Source: Felis catus (Eukaryota). Taken from it: a stretch of 64,000 bases of DNA. The stretch is taken from contig NC_058374.1 in the NCBI RefSeq assembly GCF_018350175.1, positions 115,010,001 through 115,074,000 of the forward strand, written 5' to 3'. The notes beneath the pieces were generated by a model. It had not been told where the DNA came from and made no database searches. It saw nothing but the letters and a program-made list of their open reading frames with translations. Position 1 is the stretch's first letter; every line of letters starts with the position of its first letter. Of this stretch, positions 36,154 to 47,170 are shown piece by piece. Both the position numbers and the translations under genes were made by a program.

Positions 36154-36812
36154 CTTATCTCTAGTACTCTAGAGAAGTATCTCTAGAGAAGCACTTCCTT
36201 GGAGGTTCTCCACCTCAGGACAGGGTTCTTGCCTCAGGTCAAGAGGCCCCTCAGGATTCATAGTTGGGCTTCAGGTTGTCAACTGATCCCCCAAATCTGT
36301 GCTTCCAGAAGATATTTCTGCAGAGACTGTCTTAGATGGAGGCTGTCCACACATGCCTGGGCTGTGTAGGAACATAGAAGAATGAAGCAGGTCAGGTATG
36401 AGAAGCTAGCCACACTTTGTTTGCTTATTATACACAGAGGAATATGTTTCACTTTTATAGAGAAAGAAGTTCTCTCCCAGTTGTCTGGAAATATCTGGTC
36501 TTTTCGATCTTTTATTTCCCTGCTTCTGGTAGAGACTGGGGTCCAGAGAAATATCTCACCACCGTAAGAAAAACACTGCAGGTGTGATGACAAATGGTAA
36601 GTCATGTTCAGGGTTGGGGAGGCCGGGGGATGGTGAGGACTGTGGTGAATGTGCCTTCCACAGAGGCAGCCACCACTCTGCTTCAGCTGATCTCTGCCTG
36701 GAGGGAATGGGATCCAGTGTTGACAGAGTTTCAGGTTGGTTAGGAGAAAGCAGAATTCTGGATCGCTTTGGGGTGAAAGCTCTAGAATTTTAATTTGATT
36801 CACCTGGTTTTA

Positions 36813-37041
36813 TTTTTTTTTTATTAAAAAAAATTTTTTTTCAACGTTTTTATTTTTATTTTTGGGACAGAGAGAGACAGAGCATGGGGAGGGGCAGAGA
36901 GAGAGGGAGATAGAATCGGAAACAGGCTCCAGGCTCTGAGCCATCAGCCCAGAGCCTGACGTGGGGCTCGAACTCACGGACCGCGAGATCGTGACCTGGC
37001 TGAAGTCGGACGCTTAACCGACTGCGCCACCCAGGCGCCCC
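36813..37041 (-). mobile_element. Young felid SINE (SINEC_Fc-type)
   Basis: CpG-rich body (GGACCGCGAGATCGTGACCTGGCTGAAGTCGGACGCTTAACCGACTGCGCCACCCAGGCGCCCC); perfect 18-bp TSD TTGATTCACCTGGTTTTA at 36795-36812 and 37042-37059. Confidence 0.96.
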
Positions 37042-37286
37042 TTGATTCACCTGGTTTTAGAGAGAATCTTGGCACACCAACCGTGACACTCCGAGGGATC
37101 AAATATGGCCCATAGGCAGGTGGTTTGTGAACTCCAGTCTATAGATTTTACCAGAATTTCTGAGAGATCTGTGATTTTAGATTAACAACTACCATCCTAG
37201 AATATGACTCCCCTCAGCTTCTGTGACTAGAAAGACCAAGAGCATGTCCATCTCGAATGCTCCTGGGGCCCAGAAGTCTAGGGGAA

Positions 37287-37466
37287 AGCCATCTGCCCAG
37301 CTTCTCCCTCCTGGAATCCCTGACCCAGAGCGCTGAAGCCGGCCAGGGCACCAAGGAGTAGGCTCCATCATGGGGTGGAGCAAGCAGGACCTTGTAAAAG
37401 GGAATTGGTATTGAGTAGCGCCAGGGGAGAAGTAAGAGATGCTCATCATACAGAAGATAGTTCTGT
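37287..37466 (-). repeat. Right arm of the 180-bp inverted repeat
   Basis: Reverse complement of 35974-36153 with 4 mismatches. Confidence 0.96.
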
Positions 37467-37579
37467 CCTGTATCTTTTCAATTCTCTATTCCACTCCCTC
37501 CCATGGAGTCTTTCCTACCCAACTCCCTACACCCCATGAGAGTGTCTCTGATAAGTTACAGGACCCAAGTCAAACTAAG

Positions 37580-37790
37580 GAGGAAAAATTAACGTGTTGG
37601 CTCCTGTATCTGAGCCCAAGGGTGGTGTGGCCTCAGGCGAACTGGATTCAAGCGCTCAGAGACCTCTTCGTCCCACTCTAGCCTGAGCCCTGCATTCTCT
37701 GTTGCTTCCCTTCTTTGAAGGGCTCCTTCTAGGTGGTAGAAAATTTGGCTCACATGGTCATCACTGCTCATCATCTCAGAAGCGGGGGCC
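37580..37790. mobile_element. Old MLT1K-like LTR fragment
   Basis: TTGGCTCCTGTA.CTGAG...GGCCTCAGGC..ACTGGATTCAAGCGCTCA motif; recalled consensus. Confidence 0.45.
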
Positions 37791-38229
37791 GGAGGGGGGG
37801 ATCGTGTCTGCAAATAGGCAAAACAACAACAAGAACAACAACAGCAACAACAACTTAGTGTGGAGCACTTGTCAACTCCAGTATTAGAACATCTGCATCG
37901 CAAATCAAGAGCATCCAGTTTGACTTTGGCACAGAGAGATTTTCAGGCCTTGGCAATTCCTCCATGCAGGCCACAGAAGAAACTTCTCCCTTCCCCCCGT
38001 CAAGTAGAATGACAGTTCAGCATCGCAGCCATGCACCTGCCCCGCTGAACAGAACAGATATGAGATACAGCGTTAGAGAGATACAGGGATATAGATATGA
38101 GATATGACGATCTCATTTAGTTCTCCCCACCGCTCTCTAAGGTAAGTTCCAGTATTATCTCTGTAAGAGGATAAATAATTTGCCAGAGATCACTCATGTA
38201 GCAAGTGGTGGCAGAGTGAGGATTCATGC

Positions 38230-39160
38230 CTGGGAAGTTTAACCTTAAAGCCACACTGCTAACGGACCACCCATCCATCCACCGACTCATTCAACACATA
38301 CGGGGAATGCCGGCTACATGCGGGGGACTATCGGAGGTGCTGAGATGTAGCTGTGAAGAATGCAAACACGAGTACATGGCCTCATGGAACTTACATTCTA
38401 GTGAAGGAGAAATACGGGAAACCAGACCAATAAATAAAATATAACTAGGTTAGTGATCAGTGTTAAGGAGAAAACCAGAGCAGGGAAGAGAGAGAACTGC
38501 GTGTGGAGGTGGGTTGAATCTGAATACGGTGGTCAGGCAAGGTCTCACTGAGCTGGTGGCACTGAATAAAGGTCCGTGGAAGTAAGGGAACAAACCACGC
38601 AGATATCTGAAGGAGGAGCCTGGTGGGTCGAGGAGAAGGTGCTGAGGAAGGAGTAAGGGCAGTAGGTGTTGGAAAAGGCAAGGAGTCCAATGTGCCTTGA
38701 GCGGAACGATCAAGGGACAGAGCAGGAGGGGATGAGATCAGGGAGATAAATAGAACCGAGAAGCTACTGGGATTTTGTCTTTCACTCTTGTGTGATGCAG
38801 CCATTTGGACTGGAGCAGATCCTTAAACAGGGTCACTGTCGTTGCTCTGTCAGGAAGAGTCTGTCGGAGGGACAAAGGTACCAGGTAGAGGCTGCAGCAG
38901 TAGGCCAGGCAGAGACTGGGAAGCCTGGCTTGGACTGGTGTGTGGTGAAAATGTGGCAAGGGCTTTACTTCTGGGTTTGTTGTGAAATCAGAGTCAAAGG
39001 ATTGGCCAACGCGTGGGATGTGGGGCGTGTGACAGAGAGCAGGCAAGGATGATTTTAAGGCTTTTAGCCAGAGCAACGGAAGATTAGAAATGGCATTTCT
39101 CAGAGATGGGGAGAAATGAAGGAGGAACTGCTCTTGTTTTTGTCTCAAACAGGGTTGTTT
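38230..39160 (-). mobile_element. L2 LINE fragment
   Basis: GGTCAGGCAAGGTCTCACTGAG, TTTCACTCTTGTGTGATGCAGCCATTTGGA, GATGATTTTAAGGCTTTTAGCCAGAGCAAC..AAGATTAGAAATGGCATT antisense L2 motifs; continues past the SINE to about 39500. Confidence 0.75.
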
Positions 39161-39175
39161 TAAGAAATTATCGGG

Positions 39176-39386
39176 GGGCGCCTGGGTGGCTCAGTCGGTT
39201 GAGCGTCCAACTTCAGCTCAGGTCACGATCTCGCGGTCCGTGAGTTCGAGCCCCGCGTCGGGCTCTGGGCTGATGGCTCAGAGCCTGGAGCCTGCTTCCG
39301 ATTCTGTGTCTCCCTCTCTCTCTGCCCCTCCCCCGTTCATGCTCTGTCTCTCTCTGTTTCAAAAATAAAGAAACATTAAAAAAAAA
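39176..39386 (+). mobile_element. Young felid SINE (SINEC_Fc-type)
   Basis: Nearly consensus body with CpGs intact; perfect 14-bp TSD AAGAAATTATCGGG at 39162-39175 and 39387-39400. Confidence 0.96.
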
Positions 39387-41872
39387 AAGAAATTATCGGG
39401 TCTCGGTTTGGGGCATGCTACACTGGGGGTACCCATTAGACATCTGAAAGGCAGTGCTGAGTGACCCGCCTGGGAGTTCAGGAGACAGGTCCGTCAGGAC
39501 TAGAGTCATAAGCTCTACGGATTACACTCTACCCTCTTAGAGTCACTGAAGACACTCACATGCAACTTTGGAAAACAATGTACCCAAAATACTGGAACAG
39601 TATTAAAGAAAGTCAAGTTTAAAAACTTACCCATATCCTGCCACCCGAGAAAAAGCTGCTTTCATTTCTCTACATTTCCTTCTGTTTTTGCCCACAGGCA
39701 TATACATAATGTTATAATGTTGTAACCATAGCATAGATACAATTTCACATTCTACTTTTTTCTCACTTAACACCATCCCATAAATATTTTCCTAAGAGGC
39801 CCTCCCATATGTTTCTTGGGGATTAAAAAAGCCAACAAAATGCTGGGATCTCTGGGAAACAGTTCAGAAACAAAAGTCGAAAATCTTTCTTTGCTACAAA
39901 ATTTGGTGCCCCTGCAGTTGGCATTGTGCTTACTGTAATTTTCGTGAACAATGACTGTCTGTGGAGGTGACTTTGAGCTGGGAGCTGAATGATGAGAGCT
40001 GGCCACACACCCATTCTGGCGAAGGGCATCCCAGGAAGAGGGAACAGCATGTGCTAGGAGGCAACAGGAAAGTACATGCATGTAGGTTGCATGAAGGTTG
40101 CTGGCAGATTCATTTCAACTGGCAATTAAATAGAAATTTATCTTTGTAAAAACCTTAAAATCTTTTAAACTGCAGAACAGGGGGTACATCCTTGGTCTGG
40201 GATTCTCCGCAGAGGAATAAGAAGCCAAATGGAATAACCTAGAACATAGTGAACCCTAGTAGATACAGTGGTTCTTAAAGGTTCTCTGGGCCTCAGACTA
40301 CACACAAACCCTACATGAATCTGATTTGTTCATTCATCCCAGTCCCTGAGCCAGGACTGGAGTCCAGTTCCTTCATTTTATAGAAAAGGCCGAGGGCCCA
40401 AAGATGGTAAATGATTTGGCCAAATTATTCAGCCACTTTATAGAGTTTTAACAGGGTTGAATTAGCTCTGCCCTCTACTTGTTAGACTCTAAAAAACAAA
40501 ACACGATTCCATCCACACCACTCTATTGTTGACAAAGTCATTTGTTAGCTTGGGAATGCCTCCCTCCCCCTGTCCCCCCCCCCCCCCGCCCCTACTTCCT
40601 GGCTCACCTGCCTATCATTTGCATAGTTACTTACTCAAAAGCAGGAAAATTATTGAGAGAATCATTCCTGCCTGACTCCTGCCTGTCCGGGAAGGCAGGA
40701 AGCTGGTTTACGTTTCCTCATAGGGCCAGCAGGGGGGACACCAGGCAAGGTTTGTGAGCCGGCCTCCCCCACGCCTCCTCCCCCTTCCTCGCCCAACTTC
40801 CCCTTAGCCCCTGCTTCAACTGAAAGTGGCCATTGACCTTTCAAGCTTTTGAGCAGTGATGCAATAGAATAGTATTTCAAAGAAAAATGGTTATCGAAAT
40901 TTGGGATCCGGTTTTCCCGTGAGTGCTAATGGTTTTTTAAAAGTAGGTCACACTTTGGAGGCGGGCATGCAGGCGAGGAGCTGAGTTCCAACGGAGTCCA
41001 GGTGGCCTCCAATCGGGTGGGAGGAGGTGAGGGTCTCCGGGCAGGGGAGTGACTAGATCTTTCCGAATTTCCAGTCCCTGGGCCCTAGCCCTGCGGGAGA
41101 AATCGCCAAGACGAGAGCTCTCGGGACTGCAAGGCACCGAGGCCGGCGGTCCAGCCCGACCCGGGAGCGTAGGTAAGGGCGCCCCTTCAGCAGTCAGAGC
41201 AGGTGAGCGGAGTCTGCCAGCGGAAGGAGACAGTGGGGCCGTGTAGACTACGAAGAGAGGGAGGAGGGGAAGGGGGAGGAGGAGCCCGGCTGGGCTGCTG
41301 CCGGAGACTTGAGAGCAGGAGCGCCTGGGGGAGGAGACTGAGAGCAGCTAGCGCCGCTTAAGGAGGCACCGCACTCAGCTCGCTGGCCGCCTTCTAGGAC
41401 CTGGGCGAGGGCACAGCCTTCGGTCCGCTCCCTCCGGCTCTCGGTGGGGAGCGCGGGGGCCTGGATCGGGGCCTCTCCCACCCCCATTAATGTGCCATAG
41501 AGCAAGAGGGGCCGTTTTCGGGGACCCCCCAGCCTCTCCCGCATCCCTTTCACAAAATGTGCAGTTGGGAGGGTCACGTCGAGAAGGCGCGGAGCGGGTG
41601 GGAAAGACAGAGCCCCGCGGCTGGGCGAGGATATCGCTTGGTCCTCAGACCCCCGCGCACAGCTGACACGGTGGGGGTCAGGCTCCGGCCGCCGAAGCGG
41701 GGACGGCGGTGGCGGTGGGGCTTGTGCGCGCCTCGGAGCACTGCGGTCAGAGGCGGGCGGACTCCTAGGCAGCCGCGCCGCCCGGCACCGCAACGAGCGC
41801 TATGAACCCGCCTCCCCTGAAGCCTGCGCATTAGCCCCGGAGCCTCTTTAAAGCAGGAGCGGGGGCCGCGGT

Positions 41873-41905
41873 CACGTGAGACGGATTCCTGGAAAGTTCC
41901 TGGAA
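41873..41905. promoter_or_regulatory. E-box followed by tandem STAT5 (GAS) sites
   Basis: CACGTG at 41873-41878; TTCCTGGAA at 41886-41894 and 41897-41905. This is the arrangement known for the growth-hormone/STAT5b response element of mammalian SOCS2. Confidence 0.85.
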
Positions 41906-43818
41906 AGCGGCCTCCGCAGCAGCCGGGAGGGGCGCACTGAGAGCGCGGACAGGGGAGGGAGGCGGGGAGCTAGGGAGGCGCGCGGGGCTGGGAAGTCGCG
42001 CGCACACCCGACTCCGGGGACAGACGTTTAACTCTTGCCATGTCTGGCCGCCGCCACCGCGGCTCACGGGCCTTGGGCTTCCCTTGAAGCATGAACCTCC
42101 TCGCCCGCCGCAACCGGCGCTGCGCGGGCCGCGGACAGTGCCCCCCCGGGCCCGGTGCGCACAGCCTCAGGATCCCCTGCGCCCGCAGCCCGGGCGCCGG
42201 AGGAGCTCGGCCGGGGGTTGGCGGCAGGTACTGGTCCCGGGAGCCCGAAGGCTCCTCCCCAAGGAGGGTCGCCGGGGAGGGCACGGGGCGCGGCTGCGAG
42301 CGCCGGGCGGCCTTGGCTTCCGCAGTTCAGAGCGGCCAGGGAGAGAGTCCGAGCTTCGGCTCTGCCCCGCGGCCGGGCGCTACTGCCTGCTTTCTTCGGC
42401 TCCTTCTAGGCGTCGGGAAGTCTCCGGAGTTTACTCCCCCGCCCCAAACAGCCATCCAAATTAATAATCCTCCTAATAACCTGATCTGCCGCTCCTCCCC
42501 ACCCGCCTGCCTCCCGCCCTAGTTCCTTCCTCCTCCCTCTCTCCTTCCCACCTCCTTGGTCGCAGCCGGAGGGAAAGCCAGCAGCTGCCCAGGGTGGGGG
42601 ATTTCAGAGCCCGGGGGTTCTAGGCGAAGATCCCCCGGGCTTTTGTTTGCCCTCTGCGCAGAGAACTCTGGCTAGTGCGGAGCGCATCCCCAGGCATCTC
42701 GTTCCCAAATTAAAAGTCAACTGGGGAAACTCGGGCAGAAACCCCTCCTCTCCCTGGCCCCTCCCGACTCCCCCGCCCCATGTCCGCTGGGGAGGCTGCC
42801 TGGTGTGGACGCTGCGGCCGAGGCCGAGGTAAGGGCTCGGCGTTCGTTGTCTTGCACGTCCAGCGGCGCTCGCAGCCGCCCGTTCTGCCCCGGCCCGGGT
42901 CCCGGCTCCCGGCTCCCGGCTCCGGGCTCCGAGCCCCCGCGAGGGCTGCGCGCTTGGGCCGATTCCTCGACAGCGCCCGCGGCGGCTGCAGCAGCCGCCG
43001 CCGCCCGGCCACTAGAGGGGCAGCCACGGAGCCCGGGGAGCCCCCCAACTCTGCCCCAAGCGGGCGCTGGGGAGCGGGCAGAGAGGAGCCAGGCAGCCTC
43101 CGGGCGGGGGTGCGGCAGCTCGCGCACCTTGGCGCCCCGGGCTGGCGGCTCAGGGTGCTTCGTCCTGGGGCCCCCGGGCTGTGCGGGGTGTAAGATAGAG
43201 GGGTGCCAATTTGGGGATATCTCCTGTTCTTTCCTTTGCGATTTTTCTGCTTGTCCTTAACTAGGGCCTATTTACCACCATACCCGCAGGTGACTGGTCT
43301 TTGCTAGTCTGCGATTTCAGCTAGTAGCTCTGGGCGGGAAGACACCCTGTTCCCCACCCTCATCCTGTCCCTCCCCCCCTCCCCCTCTGCAACTCCGGCG
43401 TCTTGGATCGCTGCTCTCTCTTTTATCCTCCTTTCTCTACAGCTGGGCCGGGGCAGTCGCTGGATGCTTGGGGTTAAATGGTGCGGGAGGATAGACGCGG
43501 AGGAGTCCCCGGGATTTTCCTCGTCTGTCTCCCCACCCACAATCCCGGACGCAGGGGTCCAATTTGGACCGACCCAAGCCCATACTTTCTTTTTTGCAGG
43601 CAAACTGTGGGTGACCGCGCCTGTGGGGGACTTTGCCATCCGTCCACTGGGACCTGGGGAGGAAAAGCCAGAAGCCTCCCATCCCCTCCCCTTCCACCAA
43701 TTCGGATACCCCGCAGAGACTTGCTTTGGGGTTCTCACTGATTTCCAAGAAGGACGCGTGCCCCTCTCTGATCCCAGCGCGGGCGGCCACCTGTCTTTGC
43801 CGCGGTGACCCCTCTCCC

Positions 43819-43957
43819 ATGACCCTGCGGTGCCTCGAATCCTCCGGGAATGGCGCGGAAGGGACGCAGAGCCAGTGGGGGACCGCGGGGTCTGCGGAAG
43901 AGCCGTCCCCGGAGGCGGCGCGTCTGGCGAAGGCCCTACGGGAGCTCGGTCAAACAG
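43819..43957 (+). CDS. SOCS2: Suppressor of cytokine signaling 2, coding exon 1 (139 nt)
   Basis: MTLRCLESSGNGAEGTQSQWGTAGSAEEPSPEAARLAKALRELGQT(G) matches the SOCS2 N-terminus; followed by donor AG|GTAGGG at 43958. Confidence 0.96.
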
Positions 43958-45669
43958 GTAGGGAGCCGACCAGCCGCGACGCGCGCGAGAAGGGTCGCTT
44001 CCCCAAAGACGCGGTTGGGGGTTTTGCTGACGCGGAGCGCGGCTAGGAAGCGGGGCCGCGGTGCGGAGCGAAGGATGGGATTGAACTGCAGCCCCTCGCC
44101 TGCCGTCCCCGCCTCAGGGCGGGGGCCCGCGGAGAGGATGTCCGCACGGCCCTGGATCCTTGGGAATGCGAAAGAAAAGTGGTTCTCGGGGGACCCAGAG
44201 GCCTAGGGGTGGGCAGAACGCGAGAAGGGCTGCTTGGAAATAGCCTCTCAGGGAGCTGGAGCCTTCAGCTGTTTGCCGCATCTGCTCAGGGGTCGGTACA
44301 CGGGCTTGAACCCTAGCGGGAGAAAGAGCCAGGCGCCTCCCTTTCCGCGGGGAACGAGGGCGGCCAGTGGGCGCTGCGCTGCCCGCAGTTTCAGCCGCAT
44401 CCGGCTTCCGAGCCGAGCCGCCGCTGCAGCCCGGGACCTTGGCGGCCAAGTTCCAAGGACTGATTGCCGCGCGGGCGGCTGCAGCAGGGCCGGGAGGAAG
44501 GCGGCCAGCGAAGCCCCTTGCAGAGCGCGGCCTTGAGGGGCTGCGCGCCCAGGGTTATTGCTTGGTTCAAGCGCAGTCCTGCGCTTTGCGTGGCCCGCCG
44601 TCGTCTCTCGGCGTCTGAAAGAAGAGAAGATTGGAAAAAAAAAAAAAAATCTGGCAAACCACGCAAGCTTTCAAAATCTGAATCCCCAAAGCTTACGTTT
44701 GGGGCAAAATTGAAGTTTTGGTAGCACTAGAGAGAGGGAAAAGTCATTTGCGGTTCGGTCTTTGAGTGTGGACCACCGACTTTCCCTCAGCGGGGCAGAC
44801 CGGCAGATTGCAGGTATCCGAGCAAATTGGGGGGTGGGGGATGGGGGGTGGGGTGGAAGAGCGCATTGTTCAGACTTCTTATGCAGAATGGCTCGAAGTG
44901 ATTTTTGAAAACGAGATGGGCCCCGGGATGGTGCAGGCAGATGAAATGCAGAATGCTGGGGAGACGGAAGGTTGTGATGGGATTTGGATTAGGGCAAAGT
45001 CCAAAGGAGGTGCGGATTGTAAACTTGAATTACTTCTTATCAGTTGGGGTTTCCCTCATTTCTCAGTGGCTGATATGGTAGTTGTAACCAAAGCAACAAA
45101 CAGAAGCTGTTGTAGTAGAACCGCACTTCAAAAACAAGGAAATAGCAGTACTTTCCAAGGTCTCTGAACAGTTTCTGCTATGAACGGATTTGGGGAGGGA
45201 GGGAGAGGGTGGTCGCGAGTCTTCCAAGAAGTTTTGGGATTACAAAACTGCTGGGATTACAGGAGTTGGGGTTTCCACCTTTGTAAGGCCACGCCTTTTA
45301 TTTCTAACTTCCGAGTTACTTCTAATTTACTTTGATTTCACTTGAACGGTGCTAGAAGCATCATGCTTTCTCAGCCAGTGTGTCCTATGGCAAAATTCTG
45401 TGTCCTTCGGAGAAAATCTCAAGAGAGTTTAAAGGGCTACCGAACATTACTTTTTAAAGAAGAAAACTGGCTCACAGTTTGTGTTCATAAAACGGACCCA
45501 CATTTTCATTAGATGTCTACCTAAAATATTTATGGTAGTCTCTGGTAAACTGTCACACACTTCTCTTTAGAGCTAGAAAAATTGTTGCCAAGTATTTGCC
45601 CTATTTAAGAAATTCTGTATAATAACTATTTTACCCTCTCTTCTTTTTCTTCTTGGACGGAAACNNNNN

Positions 45670-46127
45670 NNNNNNNNNNNNNNNNNNNNNNNNNNNNNNN
45701 NNNNNNNNNNNNNNNNNNNNNNNNNNNNNNNNNNNNNNNNNNNNNNNNNNNNNNNNNNNNNNNNNNNNNNNNNNNNNNNNNNNNNNNNNNNNNNNNNNNN
45801 NNNNNNNNNNNNNNNNNNNNNNNNNNNNAAGATGGGAAATTCAGGTTGGACTCGATCATATGTGTCAAATCCAAGCTTAAACAGTTTGACAGTGTGGTTC
45901 ATCTGATCGACTACTATGTTCAGATGTGCAAGGATAAGCGGACAGGCCCAGAAGCGCCCCGGAACGGCACCGTTCACCTTTATCTGACCAAACCGCTCTA
46001 CACATCAGCCCCGCCTCTGCAGCATCTCTGTAGACTCACCATTAACAAATGCACCGGCACCATCTGGGGACTGCCTTTACCAACAAGACTAAAAGATTAC
46101 TTGGAAGAATATAAATTCCAGGTATAA
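45670..46127 (+). CDS. SOCS2: SOCS2 coding exon 2 (SH2 domain and SOCS box); first 159 nt masked, start inferred
   Basis: Visible part reads DGKFRLDSIICVKSKLKQFDSVVHLIDYYVQMCKDKRTGPEAPRNGTVHLYLTKPLYTSAPPLQHLCRLTINKCTGTIWGLPLPTRLKDYLEEYKFQV, stop TAA at 46125-46127. A polypyrimidine tract precedes the N-run, and a start at 45670 gives the canonical 198 aa in frame with exon 1. Confidence 0.93.
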
Positions 46128-47170
46128 GTGTTTCTCTTTTTCTAAACATGCCTCCTATAGAGTATCTCCGAATGCAGCTATGTATTAAAAAAAAAAAAAA
46201 AAAAAAGGAACCAAAACTTGAGTCACTACTCTGGATAACTACTCGGAATTCTAAAAACAGCTGAAGTCCATCTAACTTAAACGTGTGACGAGGTAGCTAG
46301 GTATTTAAAGTTTCCCCAAATGTTTTCACCTGAGTAATGCTTCCTTTCCTAAGGCTGGACCAAGACCAGCTGATCCTTTTAAGTTAAAAATAAAATATCC
46401 TGAGTAGAGGCTGAAGGAACATTTTATCAGAATGCCTTGCCTTCCCAGGGTTCCTGTTTGTTAGGTAGAAGGCCCAGACCCTGGCGGTAGAGCGAGAACT
46501 CCGTGCAGGAGCACTGAAGAAGTCGAAGGAAAAAACTGACGCAGGCTTAGCTTTAATTTTACGTGCCTGGTGATCAGAGTCTACTTGAGGACGTTTTCTG
46601 TTTTTGCGTTCTTGATGTACCTAGGAGTTTTGTTAAACAGATCCTGCTTGTGAGTATTTATCCTCCTTTTTATGCAATTAACCAAATCAACCAAAAAGGT
46701 GACCATGAAATCCTGTATTTGACTTTTTACTACATGTATGAACTCTCTCATGTGAATGAGTACTGTAGTAATCCATTTTAAGGGAGCCTTATTTCAGAAA
46801 TATTTCAAACTGGTGCAAACGGAAAAGACTTGGTCTTTTCCTTTAAGGCTAAAGAATGTCGTGCTATACAGGTGCAACTCAATCCCTGTTAATAAAACCA
46901 TGTAGATACAGACATTTTATCCTTTGAAGGAGCTGTATCCCAGCCTGTTGCCATTGACTTTTGGGAAACGGCTTTAGAAATTTCCAAGTTGTCCTTGAAT
47001 TGTCTGACCACGGACATCAGCACTTGGTCTCCCTTCTACCATGTAGAATACTTCGACTTAATTTTCTTCCAGAGATAGGGGGATACTTGCCTGTTTTTCA
47101 AAGTGTTTATTTACTGCTGTTACTATTTGATTAGAATGTATTAAATAAAAATACTTGACTTTTACAAGTT
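46128..47170 (+). other. SOCS2 3' UTR
   Basis: AT-rich, free of recognisable interspersed repeats, immediately after the stop; AATAAA at 46389, 46891, 47144 and 47495; end position approximate. Confidence 0.7.
47144..47149 (+). terminator. Likely main SOCS2 polyadenylation signal
   Basis: AATAAA in TTAGAATGTATTAAATAAAAA, followed by T/GT-rich downstream sequence (GTTGCACTTGTTACTTTG). Confidence 0.6.

Larger units (their letters stand above)
40920..44600. promoter_or_regulatory. SOCS2 CpG island (promoters, non-coding first exons, first coding exon)
   Basis: About 3.7 kb, very GC- and CpG-rich, free of recognisable repeats, GC boxes, and several consensus splice donors (AG|GTAAGG near 41172 and 42830, AG|GTGAGC near 41203); contains the SOCS2 ATG. 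Confidence 0.92.
8639..45828. other. Ten N-runs (1810 nt in total)
   Basis: 8639-8782, 9055-9210, 9478-9605, 14224-14736, 23913-24080, 27619-27753, 28435-28563, 32459-32589, 32740-32881, 45665-45828. Confidence 0.97.

Noticed and set aside
35974-37466. Inverted repeat as the TIRs of an autonomous DNA transposon
   Set aside because: No flanking TSD, no transposase-like ORF in the spacer, and the termini do not resemble hAT, Tc1/mariner or piggyBac ends.
33000-41000. SOCS2-AS1 lncRNA exons
   Set aside because: Human has this antisense transcript, but exons cannot be supported from this sequence alone.
40937-44724. Many overlapping 100-180 aa ORFs on both strands in the CpG island
   Set aside because: Expected in GC-rich DNA with few stop codons; low-complexity P/R/A/G composition and no recognisable domain apart from SOCS2 exon 1.
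8556-45977. Long ORFs containing X runs
   Set aside because: Artefacts of translating through N-runs.
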